Source: Squalus acanthias
Lineage: Eukaryota
DNA length: 64,000 nt
Assembly: GCA_030390025.1 (NCBI GenBank)
Contig: CM059432.1
Location: forward strand, 10,168,001-10,232,000
Direction: 5' to 3'
The notes under the pieces were generated by a model that ran no database searches, was not told the DNA's origin, and saw only the letters and a program-made list of their open reading frames with translations. Shown here one piece after another: positions 1-11,441 of this stretch (its first letter is position 1; each line of letters opens with the position of its first letter). A program made the position numbers and the translations under genes.

Positions 1-84
1 AACAGAGCAGATCCGTTCATTAGTCCAAGCCCGATTAGCTTTGGAAATCCCTCAGTTGTGCAAGGATGGATACGAAGGGAGCAG

Positions 85-380
85 AGGGACGAAGGAAGCT
101 GGCAATCAGCAGGTTCCCTTGCCCAAGTTTGACCTGCAGCCACGGTATTTCATGGGGTTCGGAGTCAATGTTGAGGACTCCCAGGGGCAAACCCCTCAGA
201 TTGAATACCGCTGTGTCCCCCCACCTCTGGTGGATCTGACCTGCTAGTGGGACTGGGCATACCCAGGGATGGAGATGGAGGAGTCTGGGGTGTTGGCTGA
301 TAGGTATGATTCTGCGAGTATGACTATGTCAGGCTGTTACTTGACGACTCTGTGGGGCAGCTTTCCCAACTTTAGCACCA
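85..380 (-). pseudogene. Degenerate APE endonuclease fragment of a CR1-group LINE
   Basis: Minus strand reads ...PDIVILAESYLSANTPDSSISIPGY...TRGGGT..., the GGGxxxY region of LINE APE domains, with stops. Confidence 0.55.
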
Positions 381-915
381 ATCCTGGGAGCGTTTCCGTG
401 GGTCCCCGGTGGCGTCCAGCTCCTGCCTGTCGGCATTGAGATCATTCCTGCCAAGTTTGGGCAGGAGACAGTTCAGCACTATTTAAATGAGGCCCAGAAG
501 TTAAAACGATGCGGACCTCATGCTGCACACCCCTGCTTCCCCCTCCACACCCCCCACCCCCCCACCCCCCACCGCCCCATCACCTCTCCCGCCCTGAACA
601 TTCCCCGAGTTAAATTGGAGGCTAACGTGTCTTTTAAAACTTGACACTGACTGCCTCTTATTAACTCAAATTTCTCCAAGTGCTTTCTAATTTCGTTCCA
701 TATTATAGACTCGTGTATGTTACCAACAACTGAAGGCTAACTGGGCTATAATTTACCAGTGTCACATTTGTCATCCCTGTAGTCCTTTGGCACATTTCCT
801 TTCCACAGAATTTTGGAAAATAGTAGACTGAGCCTTCACTATTTCCACCTTGGCTTCACTCAGGATCCTCAAATGTAATCTATCAAGTTCCGGGGGCTTG
901 TTTAGAAAGAAAAAA

Positions 916-1085
916 AGACTTGAATTTATGTAGCACCTTTCGCGACCTCAGGATGTCTCAAAGCGCTTTACAGCCAATGAAGTACTTTTTGAAATGTAGT
1001 CACCTTTGTAGTGTAGGAAATGCGGCAACCAATTTGCGCACAGCAAGCTCCCACAAACAGCAATGTGATAATGACCAGATACTAA
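916..1085 (-). mobile_element. SacSINE1/DeuSINE-like SINE, 3' part (continues at 4348-4645)
   Basis: Matches the uninterrupted copy at 35078-35520 (gcgctttacagccaatgaagtac...ttgcgcacagcaagctcccacaaacagcaatgtgataatgaccagata). Confidence 0.75.
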
Positions 1086-1178
1086 TACAAAAGACCTGAA
1101 GCGTTGACTCTGTTTCTCTCTCTCCACAGATGCTGCCTGACCTGCTGAGTATTTCCAGCATTTTCTGTTTTTATTTCA
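1086..1178 (+). mobile_element. Penelope-like 3' tail fragment
   Basis: Similar to the Penelope terminal repeat at 31942-32022. Flanked by a 16-bp duplication aatgacca(g/a)atactaa at 1070-1085 and 1179-1194. Confidence 0.7.
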
Positions 1179-1707
1179 AATGACCAAATACTAAGTGGGC
1201 TAGAAATTCATTATAGCCCAGGAATGGGCGGTATCTTTAGAAAAGTTTGAGAATTAGCGCCAGGCGCTAATGCTTTAGACTGCACGCAAAATTCATTCTC
1301 ACTGCTCAAAGGAATGATTGGTCTTAAAGGCCTAGCTCAGTGGCGTTACACTCAAAGGGTGGACCAATATCGGGTCCAGTCTTATCTCAACTCATCATTG
1401 CCACAGGCTTATCCCAGTACTTAAAGGGGAGGTTCATTGATGCTGCAGCACCTCATTCTCAGCATTGCTGGCTGTGCAGCTGCCTCAGCAAGGAGAAGCA
1501 CAACAAGGAGAAGGAGCTGGAGGACTGAAGCAGGTGTGCTCATGGCAGATCCACCTCACTCGGGTGGTCAGGGTGAGTGAATGTTTCAACAAATGCTACA
1601 TACCACCATCTGTACCACAAGCTTCACACACTGCCCAAAGCACCACACCCCCAACCCTCACCCACCAACAATCTCTACCTAACAACACTCACACCCACAT
1701 CTCACAC

Positions 1708-2378
1708 CTTGCAAGTAATCAAAAAGGCAAATGGAATGATGGCCTTTATTGGAAGGGGGTTGGTGTATAAAAGCAGGGAAGTCCTGCTACAACTGTATAA
1801 GGTATTGGTGAGACCACACCTTGAGTACTGTGTACAGTTTCGGTCTCCTTATTTAAGGAAGGATATACTTGCATTGGAGGCAGTTCAGAGACGATTCACT
1901 AGGTTAATTCCAGAGATGAGGTGGTTGACTTATGAAGAAAGGTTGAGCAGGTTGGGCCTATACTCATTGGAATTTAGAAGAATGAGAGGTGATCTTATTG
2001 AAACATATAAGATACTGAGGGGGCTCGACAAGGTAGATGCAGAGAGGATGTTTCCCCTCGTGGGGAAATCTAGAACTCGGGGGCATAGTTTCAGAATAAA
2101 GGGTCGCCCTTTTAGAACTGAGATGAGGAGGAATTTCTTCTCTCAGAGGGTCGTAAATCTGGAATTCTCTGCCCAAGAGAGCCGTGGAGGCTGGGTCATT
2201 AAATACATTTAAGGTGGAGATAGACAGATTTTTGCAAGATAAGGGAGTGAAGGGTTATGGGGAGCGGGCAGGGAAGTGGCTTTGAGCCCAAGATCAGCCA
2301 TGATCTTATTGAAAGGCAGAGCAGGCTCGAGGAGCCAAGTGGCCTATTCCTGCTCCTATTTCTTATGTTCTAATGTTC
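1708..2378 (+). mobile_element. CR1 LINE 3' fragment
   Basis: Encodes KKANGMMAFI...VRPHLEYCVQF...MRGDLIETYKIL...RTRGHS, followed by the CR1 3' hairpin and tcttatgt tail. Confidence 0.9.
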
Positions 2379-2584
2379 GTGCACACAATGACAGCTATTC
2401 AACTATAGCAGGCACAAGGGTCATTCATTATTAGAAAGTATGTGATATGTTTATGCATAAATTTATTAATGGAGTTTGCAATATTTTGTGGTCTCTCTCA
2501 TTTCACCTTTGCATGCAGGAGGACGCTGTGATATGGCATGACACAGGGATGGTATGATGAGCATGTGATGAGCAAAAGAGATCT

Positions 2585-3485
2585 GGGGGGAAAAAATTCG
2601 GTTGCTTTGCGCCTCCTGTTAGTGACCTAAGAGGGGGCTAATGAGGCGCAAAGCAACTAGCGCCCGGGTGCAGCGCTGTTTGCGGCGCTGTTTGCAGCGC
2701 TCGCGAAATTGACCAGACATTTTGCGGTGGCGCTAAACACTACCGCCACGATCTCCTGCGCCCGCAGATCGTGACGTCAGTCGAGCATGCAACACCCCAG
2801 TAGTGCCCCAGACTAGATATTGAGTGGCGCCCCCTGCCTTACCGCCTGCCGCTAGCAACGACAGGTTGAGGGGATCGTTTTGCAGTCAGGAAGGGACTGG
2901 GGGAGCGCTATTTAAAGGCGACCGCTTCCTGCCTTTTTTTGTCGGCAACATTTTTGCACCATGCATTCTGAGAGAGAGAGACTTCTGGAGAGATTCAACG
3001 CTGTGTGAAGGAGTTTTGGGTACTGATCAGCACTTTGCAGGTTCACTTTGATTTGATCTTCCTTGCATCGATTTAGAAGACACTATGGGGGCTGCACTCT
3101 GAGCTCTTTCCCTGGGCCTCTCCATTGTTCTTTCCAGCAGATTTGATGTACAGGTCTCTCCAGGCCGAGATTCAAGGCTCCAATGAGCAGGGTGTGGATG
3201 GAGAGCAAGATCGACCCTCCCTTTAAGAACTGGACGGCACCAGTGTGTCTGTGTTCCATTGCTGACTGACATCACATGAGCTTCGCCAGCGCTCTGAGGT
3301 AGTGCCTCGCTCCTCGGCGTTAGCGCCTTAAGAGAGGTGTGTAGCGCCTGATTTAGCGCTCCAATCACCTCCAGGGCCGATAGAAGCCAAGTTTGCAGTC
3401 GCAGGTGATGATTAGCGTCAGGCGCTTAACTTTGCGCCCGGCCGATAATTGCGCACCAAACGGGGCGATACTGAATTTCTCCCCC
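2585..3485. mobile_element. Non-autonomous Harbinger-like element (MITE), about 900 bp
   Basis: Terminal inverted repeats GGGGG...AAATTC and GAATTTCTCCCCC with 3-bp TSD TCT. A highly similar copy lies at 25267-32301. Confidence 0.8.
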
Positions 3486-3499
3486 TCTGGGGTTTAAGT

Positions 3500-3754
3500 C
3501 ATCCTGGTGTGAGGTCCGTATGGAGGAGGTGGCAGACTTCTGTGACCACCACCTTGGTGATGCAGAGACGTCTAATACACTGCTCCTTGCTTAATTGAAG
3601 GTAGGAGAAGTGCTGTCGAAATACCCTCGGAGGGTAAGGCCTCCTGGTGAGAGCCCTCCTCAACCCTCTGTGCACATGTTTCGGTCATTCTCGCTGCCTA
3701 CGCTCCCTCAGCCGTAGATCCTGGCGGGCGAGGTGGCGCCAGTACAGCCCCCAT
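3500..3754 (-). pseudogene. HARBI1-like (Harbinger) transposase N-terminal fragment
   Basis: Manual translation gives RRALTRRPYPPRVFRQHFSYLQLSKEQCIRRLCITKVVVTEVCHLLHTDL, typical of the Harbinger transposase N-terminus. Not present in the ORF track. Confidence 0.7.
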
Positions 3755-4347
3755 TAATGTTGCCAAGAGTAGCAGTTTGAATCTTTGAACAATAAATGTA
3801 GCCACTTTGCACTTGCCAGAACACTGCTGATAAAAAAGAACCTTGAAATTACTCATGCAAACTCATCCACTAGCTGAAACTGACAAGAGACCACAGAAAC
3901 TAACCTGCCCTGACAGTTCCGAGTGATTAATGCGGATGCCTTTAAATAACGTCCCTGGAGCCGGTGTCCTGCAGATGTGCTCCTCCTCTCCCTGTCGCTG
4001 TCTGGTCGAGGCACAAAGGTAAGTGTCCATAATGAATTTGGCAGATCGGGCACCCAGTGAGCGTTGCCCGCTCACTGACGTCATGATCTGCCTGGGGTTG
4101 ATGTTCCCGGCGGTACCTTGTACCGGCGGCGCAACTGGGGGTCCGGATTTGCCGTGCACCGGCATGGACCAAGAGCTGGCAGGTGGGATTAGGCTGGATA
4201 GCTCTTTGTCGACCGGCACGGACACCATGGGCCGAATGGCCTCTTTCCGTGCTGTAAGTTTCTGTGATTCTCTAATTACATCAGCGCCCCGTTAGCGCCC
4301 TCTGCAGGCGCTAACGGGAGGTGCTAACCAACTGAATTTTCCCCCCA

Positions 4348-4645
4348 TCTGTTTTAGTGATGTTGGTCGAGGGATAAATATTGGTCAGGACACCGGGGAG
4401 AGCTCCCCTGCTCTTCTTCGAAATAGTGCCTTCGAATCTTTTACATCCACATGAGAGGGCAGACGAGGCCTCAGTTTAACATCTCATTCAAATGGCAGCA
4501 CCTACCAAAAGTGCAGCACTCCCTCAGCACTGCACTGGAGCGTCAGCCTAGATTTTGTGTTCAAGTTCCTGGAGTGGGACTTGAACCCACAACCTTCATG
4601 ATATACAGAGATGAGAGTGCTACCCACTGAGCCCTGGCTGATAGC
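4348..4645 (-). mobile_element. SacSINE1-like SINE, 5' part with tRNA-derived head
   Basis: Continues 916-1085. Minus strand shows Pol III box-like head sequences (ggctcagtgggtagca; gggttcaagtccc). Confidence 0.75.
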
Positions 4646-4987
4646 TTACTTCAAGCTTGATTAACCTCTTCAGTACCATTTCTCTTTCAATAACAGCTGC
4701 CACTAACTGTTTTGCAGCCACCTCTTGTGGTTTCTATAACCTTAATCTGGCCCCTCTAAGGAAGCTAATTCAAATGTACTTATGTCGTATCTCTGCTACA
4801 TCCACACTCTCCAATACAATAATAAACGCGTGATAATCGGAAAAAATAATAAAGCTGGGTGTTACCTCACACAGGATATGGAAAGATAATTTGTTACACT
4901 ATCCAATATAACAGCAATTAACGAACATAAACTGTAGGGAACCCTCGACTTCTCTCACCTGTTGCTGCTGTGTCTCATTCTTCTTAA

Positions 4988-5089
4988 TGAGAAGTCGCAC
5001 AACACCAGGTTATAGTCCAACAGATTTATTTAAAATTACAAGCTTTCGGAGCTATCGATCGCCCCTTCTTCAGGTAAAGTTACTATGAG
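4988..5089 (-). mobile_element. Short Penelope-derived insert carrying a hammerhead ribozyme
   Basis: 10-bp TSD ttcttcttaa at 4978-4987 and 5090-5099. Same family as 47766-47923. Confidence 0.75.
5036..5077 (-). ncRNA. Minimal type I hammerhead ribozyme
   Basis: ttac CTGAAGA a ggggc gatcgata gctcc GAAA gctt gtaa: both core boxes, stem II, palindromic AGCU stem III and stem I ttac/gtaa. Confidence 0.75.
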
Positions 5090-5154
5090 TTCTTCTTAAG
5101 CATTGACTCTTCATTTTCCTTTCCTAACTTATTTTTAATTGAACATATATTTGG

Positions 5155-5665
5155 AAATAGAGAGGTCTTGAAAATTATGAAGGGGTTCGATAGGGTAGAC
5201 GTAGAGAAGATGTTTCCGCTTGTGTGTGAGGAGACCAAAGCCAGGGACCATAAATATCAGGTAGTCACTAATAAATCCAATAAGGAATTCAAGAGAAACT
5301 TCTTTAGTCCTGGAGTCATACGGCACAGAAGGAGGCCATTCGGCCCATCGATAATGGTTCTGCGCGGGCTCGAACCAGGAACCTTTCGCGTGTGAGGCGA
5401 GCGTGATAACCGTTGCACCACGGAAATCACTGCTTTACCCAGAGAGTGGTGAGAATGTCGAATCCGCTACCACACGCAGCGGATGAGGCGAATAGCGGAG
5501 GTGCATTCAAGGAGAAGTTAGATAAACACATAAGGGAGAAAGGAACAGAAGGTTATGCTGATAGGGTGAGATGAAGTGAAGTGGAAGGAGGTTCGTGTGG
5601 AGCATAAACGCCGGCATGGACCAGTTGGGCCGAAGGGCCTGTTGCTGCGCTGTGAATTCGATGTG
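5155..5665 (+). mobile_element. CR1 LINE 3' fragment, interrupted at 5307-5432
   Basis: KIMKGFDRVDVEKMFPLV...KRNFF, resuming TQRVVR after the insert, then a CR1 3' hairpin. Confidence 0.8.
5355..5427 (-). tRNA. tRNA-Val(CAC) pseudogene fused to a CR1 3' tail
   Basis: ATTTCCGTGGTGCAACGGTTATCACGCTCGCCTCACACGCGAAAGGTTCCTGGTTCGAGCCCGCGCAGAACCA aligns along the full length of vertebrate tRNA-Val-CAC, with mismatches in the acceptor and T stems. Confidence 0.8.
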
Positions 5666-6040
5666 ATGCTATGTAAGTAGATATGGCAACCTGGAATTTA
5701 AGATAATTTTCATGCGATGTTCTTTCTGGAGAATTCCCCAAATCAGTATTTTCCCTCTCTTCATTCAACTTCATGCGCGCTCTGATGCTGGAGCGTGAGC
5801 TTATGTGGGAGGCAAGCTGATAAAAAATGGGCAGGCGGTTGATGGAAATTCTTCCCTCTACAGAACAGATGCCAGCTCGGCACAGCGGCCCAGCACTTGT
5901 GGCTCTGGGCCAGAGATTGTGCATTCCAGCCCCACTCTAGTACCTGTGCCCACAGCCTAGGCTGACCGAAAGGTGCTGCAGTATCCTTCCGATGATACTA
6001 AACCGAGACACTCTCTCTCTGCTTCTTCAGATGGACATTA

Positions 6041-6958
6041 AGGGGGTCATTTTAACCACAAAAAAAAAACCGGGCGGTTGGGGTCGGGTGCTCTGTTAAA
6101 ATTTAAAAATCTCAAACCCGATTCCAACCCGCCCACTTCCGAAGAGGGGCGGGATGGGGGCGGGCAACCAATCCGCTCTCAGGAGGCGGGTTGCCTATTT
6201 AAATATTTTAAATGAGGCTGCGTGCCTATCGTCCAGGTTTAAACCTGGTCGGCCGGGTTTCCTGAGCCTCGGGAAACCCGGCAGCTGAAGGGAGGCGAGG
6301 ACTGCTTAGTGGAAGAGGCAACGGCCTTTACAGCACCGCTTGTGAGTCACGAGGAGCAGGAGTGCTTCCACCCAGCCCACCAAGCTACCTTCTTCCCTGC
6401 CCGCCATCGGAACCCCTCCCTCCCCCCCCCCCACACGGATCCAAAGACCTCCCACCACGATCGGACCTCCCATCAGAGATCGGACCCCCTCCCCAGGATC
6501 AGAGATCGGAAACCCCCGCCACCAGATTGGCGACCGCACCTCACCCCCTCCGCCCAGTGTCGAACCACCAACACCCACCCCACCCTCAAGGATCGGTGAT
6601 CACCCCACCACTCCCCCCCCCCTCCCCCCCAAGGATCGGTGATCACCCCACCACTCCCCCACCCCCCCGCAAGATCTGGACCCCCGCCCCCCAACCCCAT
6701 GCTCCCACTAACCCCAGCTGCAGGCCCCTCACCTGCTCCTGGGGCTGTGGCCTCCTCGGGAACGTTCCCCGCCCAACAGGGAGCCAAGCCTGTCAATTGG
6801 GCTGGTTTCCGGGCGGGGAATCTGCTGGGAAAAAAAGTCATTCGCGCTGCAGAATCAAAACTCCACAGCACGCAGGGAAACACGGACTCCCGGGTTTCCC
6901 GAACAAAGCTCCTGAACTCTCCCGCTCACCAAACCCGCCCCAGTTAAGACCGGGGCCC
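6041..6958. mobile_element. GC-rich non-autonomous DNA element with C-rich centre
   Basis: Shares ends and internal blocks (ggtcattttaacc; tttaaatatt..aatgaggct; acctgctcctggggctg) with 24194-24977, 48337-49112 (inverted) and the partial copy at 22862-23560. Confidence 0.65.
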
Positions 6959-7151
6959 AGGAAGCTGTAATGAGAAGATGGTGAGGTTGAATTCTGTCAG
7001 GATGTGATCTGAAGGTCTGTATTCAGCCAAAACTTATTGTGGAGTTTTTATTGTTCACCTTTTTTTTGATGAAAACATGAACTGTGGTGATTTAATGGAC
7101 TGTTACACCCCTTCCTCTCATACAGGATTCAAAAATGATCAAAGAAACAAT

Positions 7152-7405
7152 TGGCATTTATATAACGCATTTCATGTCCTCAGGAAATGAAGTGCTTCTG
7201 AAGTGTAGTCCCTGTTGTAAGGAAATGTGGCAGCCAATTGGCGCACAGCAAGATTCCATAAAAAGCTGAGATAGATGACCAGATAATATGATTTTAGTGG
7301 CATTGGTTCAGGGATAAATGTTGGCCAGGACACCTCCCGTAGTCTTCTTCAGATAGTGCCATGGGATCTATTAAATCCAAGTGGGACAACAGATAGGGCT
7401 TCAGT
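7152..7405 (-). mobile_element. SacSINE1-like SINE 3' part (5' part at 11243-11405), split by a CR1
   Basis: The SINE sequence resumes directly after the CR1 tail (aatgtctcatccgaaagg...). Confidence 0.7.
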
Positions 7406-7585
7406 TGGGGGAGCTCGAGCTCCAGGTTCCGGAGCTTGAGCAGCAGCTGGCGTCACTGGGGTGTATCCGTGAGGCTGAGAGCTGCGGGGACAGCACGTTT
7501 CAGGAGGTGGTCCCCCCACAGAGAGGGAATGGGTGACCGTCAGACAGACAAGGAGGTCCGGGCAGGTAGTGCAGGAGTCCCCTGA

Positions 7586-8188
7586 GTGCATCTCGCTCTC
7601 CAACCAGTATCACTGGTGAGGGCGATGATTCCTCTGAGGAGTACAGCCAGAGCCAAGTCCACGGCACCACGGGTGGCTCAGCTGTACAGGGGGGGGAGGA
7701 GGAAGATCTGGAAAGCAATAGTGATGGAAGATTCGCTAGTTAGGGGAACAGACAGGCGTTTCTGTGGCCACAGATGTGACTCCAGGATGGTATGTTGCCT
7801 CCCTGGTGCCAGGGTTAAGGATGCCACTGAGCGGCTACAGAACATTCTGAGGGGGGAGGGTGAACAGCCAGAGGTCATGGTTCATATCAGTACCAATGAC
7901 ATAGGTAGAAAGAGGGATGAGGTCCTGCAGGCAGATTTTAGGGAGCTAGGAAAGAGATTAAAAAGCAGGACCTCAAAGGTAGTAATCTCCAGATTACTCC
8001 CGGTGCCACGCGCGAGTGAGTATAGAAATAGGAGGATAGAGCAGATGAATGCGTGGCTGAAGAGATGGTGCAGGAGGGAGGGCTTCAGATTCCTGGGACA
8101 TTGGGACCAGTTCTGGGGAAGGTGGGACTTGTACAGGCCGGACGGGTCAACAGAGCTGGGACCAATGTTCTCACGGGGGGTTTGCTAG
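7586..8188 (+). pseudogene. CR1 ORF1 SGNH-esterase domain, disrupted
   Basis: EDSLVRG...CCLPGARV...HISTNDI...DG motifs. Confidence 0.85.
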
Positions 8189-8360
8189 TGCTGTTGGGGA
8201 GGGTTTAAACTAAGTTGGCAGGGGGATGGGCACCAGGATGCAGCATTAGAAAGGAGAAACAAGGTGCACAAAGGATTGGGAGAGACAGATAGCACTAGAG
8301 TAAGAAATATTGAGGTTATTAGGTGGGGTCAGACTAAGAGAGAATACAAGAAGGTCTAAG

Positions 8361-11152
8361 ATGGGTTTACAGTGCATGTGTGTGAATGCATGAAGTATGG
8401 TAAATAAGGTTGGTGAGCTGCAGGCGCAAATAGCCACACGGGAATATGACGTTGTGGCGATAACGGAGACCTGGCTCAAAAAAGGTCAGGATTGGGTACT
8501 AAATATTCCTGGCTATAAGGTGTTCAGGAAAGATAGGGAAGGGAAGAAAGGAGGTGGGGTGGCAGTATTGATTAAAGAGAATATTATAGTACTGGAGAGA
8601 ATGGATGTCCTGAAGGGGTCAAAGACAGAATCTATTTGGTTAGAGTTGAGAAACAATAGAGGGGCCATTACACTACTAGGTGTATTCTATAGGCCCCCAA
8701 CTAGTGGGAAGGATATAGAGGGGTAAATTTGCAGGGAAATTACAGAGAGGTGCAAGAACTATTGAGTAGTGATAATGGGGGACTTCAACTATCCTAATAT
8801 AGACTGGGATCGTAATAGTGTAAAGGGCAGAGAGGGGGAAGAATTTCTGAAGTGTGTTCAGGAGAACTTTCTTGGTCAGTACGCTTCCGGCCTAACGAGG
8901 AAGGAGGCATTGCTGGATCTGGTTCTGGGGAATGAGGTGGGTCAAGTGGAGCAAGTGTCAGTAGGGGAACATTTAGGGAACAGTGATCACAGTATCATAA
9001 GGTTTAGATTAGCTATGGAAAAGGACAGGAACCAATCTAGAGTAAAATACTTAATTGGAGGAAGGCCAATTGCAGTAGGTTGAGAATGGATCTGGCCCGA
9101 GTAAATTGGAATCAAAGATTGGCAGGCAAAATTGTAATTGAACAACGGGCTGCCTTTAAAGAGGAGGTGGTTTGGGTACAGTCGAGGTACATTCCCACTA
9201 GGGTGAAAGGCAGGGCAACCAAAGCCAGAGCTCACTGGATGATGAAAGAGATAGAGAGTAAGATGAAGCACAAAAAGCGGGCATATGGCAGATGTCAGGT
9301 TGAGAATACAAGTAAGAACCAGGCTGAATATAGAAAGTTCAGAGGGGAAGTAAAAAAGGAAATAAGAGGGGCAAAGAGAGAGTGTGAGAATAGATTGGCA
9401 GCTAACATAAAAGGGAACCCAAAAGTTTTCTATAGGCACATAAATAGTAGACGGGTAGTAAGAGGAGGGGTGGGGCCAATTAGGGACTAAAATGGAGACC
9501 TACGCATGGAGGCAGAGGGCATGGCTGCGGTACTAAATGAGTACTTTGCATCTGTCATTGCCAAGGAAGAAGATGCTGCCATAGACATAGTGAAAGAGGA
9601 GGTAGTTGAGATACTGGATGGATAAAAATTGATAAAGAGGATGTATTGAAAGGCTGGCTGTACTTAAAGTAGATAAGTCACCAGGACTGGATGGGATGCA
9701 TCCTAGGATGCTGAGGGAAGTAAAGGTGGAAATTGTGGAGGTACTGGCCATAATCTTCCAATCCTCCTTAGATACGGGGGTGGTGCCAGAGGAGTGGAGA
9801 ATTGCAAATGTTACACCCTTGTTCAAAAAAAGGTGTAAGGATAAACCCAGCAACGACAGGCCAGTCAGTTTAATCTCGGTAGTGGGGAAGCTTGTAGAAA
9901 CGATAATCCTGGACAAAATTAAGGATCACTTGGACAAGTGTGGATTAATTAAGGAAAGCCAGCATGGATTTGTTAAAGGCAAATTGTGTTTAACTAACTT
10001 GATTGAGATTTTTGATGAGGTAACAGAGAGGGTTGATGAGGGCAATGTGGTTGATGTGGTGTACATGGACTTCCAAAAGGCATTTGATAAAGTGCCACAT
10101 AATAGGCTTGCCAGCAAAGTTGAAGCCCATGGAATAAAAGGGACAGTGGCAGCATGGATACAAAATTGGCTAAGCGACAGGAAAGAGAGAGTAGTGGTGA
10201 ACGGTTGTTTATCGGACTGGAGGAAGGTACAAAGTGGAGTTCCCCAGGGGTCGGTACAAGGACCACTGCTTTTCTTGATATATATTCATGACTTATACTT
10301 GGGTGTACAGGGCACAATTTCAAAATTTGCAGTTGACATAAAACTTGGAAGTATAGTGAACAATGAGGCAGATAGTGATGGATAGGTTGGTGGAATGGAC
10401 GGACACATGGCAGATGAAATTTAATGCAGAAAAGTGCGAAGTGATACATTTTGGTAGGATGAACGAGGAGAGGCAATATAAACTAAAGGGTACAATTCCA
10501 AAGGGGGTGCATGAACATAGAGACCTGAGGGTATATGTGCACAAATCGTTGAAGGTGGCAGGGCAAGTTGAGAAAGCGGTTAAAAAATCATACGGGATCC
10601 TGTGCTTCATAAATAGAGGCAGAAAGTACAAAAGCAAGGAAATTATGATGAACATTTATAAAACACTGGTTGGGCCTCAACTGGAGTATTGTGTCCAATT
10701 CTGGGCACCGTACTTTAGGAAGGATGTGAAGGCCTTAGAGAGGGTGCAGAAAAGACTTACAAGAATGGTTCCAGGGATGAGGGACTTCAGTTACGTGGAT
10801 AGACTAGAGAGGCTGGGGTTGTTCTCCTTAGAGCAGAGAAGGTTGAGAAGAGATTTGATAGAAGTGTTCAAAATCATGATGGGAACGAGACAGAGTAGAT
10901 AGAGAGAAACTGTTCCCTTTGGCGGAAGGGTCGAGAACCAGAGGACACAGATTTAAGGTGATTAGCAGAAAAACCAAAGGCGACATGAGGAAAAACTTTT
11001 TTACACAGCGAGTGGTTAGGATCTGGAATGCACTTCCTGAAAGGGTGGTGGAGGCAGACTCAATCGTGGCTTTCAAAAGGGAATTGGATAAGTACCTGAA
11101 GGAAAAAAATTTGCAGGGCTACGGGGAAAGGACAGGGGAGTGGGACAGCTGA
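8361..11152 (+). pseudogene. CR1 ORF2 (APE+RT) with many stops and frameshifts
   Basis: Colinear ORF pieces at 8397, 8769, 9080, 9696, 10363 and 10919. Confidence 0.9.
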
Positions 11153-11242
11153 AGTGCTCTTGCAGAGAGTTGGCACCGGCTCGACGGGACGAATGGCCTC
11201 CTTCTGTGCTGTACCCAGTCTATGATTCTACTCTGTGATTCT

Positions 11243-11405
11243 AATGTCTCATCCGAAAGGCTGCACCTCTGACAGTGCAGCACTCCTTCGGTACTGCACT
11301 GGAGTGCTAGATTAGTTTATGGGCTCAAGTCTCTGGAGCGGGGCTTCGATTTGCAAGCTTCTGATTCAGAGGTAAGAGTGCTCCTAACTGAGCCAAGGCT
11401 GACAC
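11243..11405 (-). mobile_element. SacSINE1-like SINE 5' part
   Basis: Matches the 35355-35520 segment of the intact copy. Confidence 0.7.
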
Positions 11406-11441
11406 TTAGAACATTCAAAAGCGTACAAAGGGTCATTTTAT

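Larger units (their letters stand above)
1197..4347. mobile_element. Internally deleted PIF/Harbinger-derived DNA transposon
   Basis: Termini gggctagaaattc and gaattttccccc. It splits one SINE and contains a HARBI1-like transposase N-terminal fragment. A CR1 and a MITE were inserted into it later. Confidence 0.6.
7410..11242 (+). mobile_element. Near full-length degenerate CR1 LINE
   Basis: ORF1 SGNH esterase, ORF2 APE (GGGVAV, MGDFN, SDH) and RT (DFQKAFDKVPH, GVPQGS) in several frames, ending in a tctatgat tail. Confidence 0.92.

Noticed and set aside
2824..3368. ORFs shared between the two MITE copies
   Set aside because: The similarity reflects recent copying of a non-coding element; the frames vary with a (GA)n tract.
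5355..5357. Terminal CCA as proof of retrocopying a mature tRNA
   Set aside because: It aligns with the genomically encoded ...AACA end, so it may be a point mutation.
6306..6970. Proline- and glycine-rich overlapping ORFs
   Set aside because: They arise from the C-rich centre of a multi-copy non-coding element.
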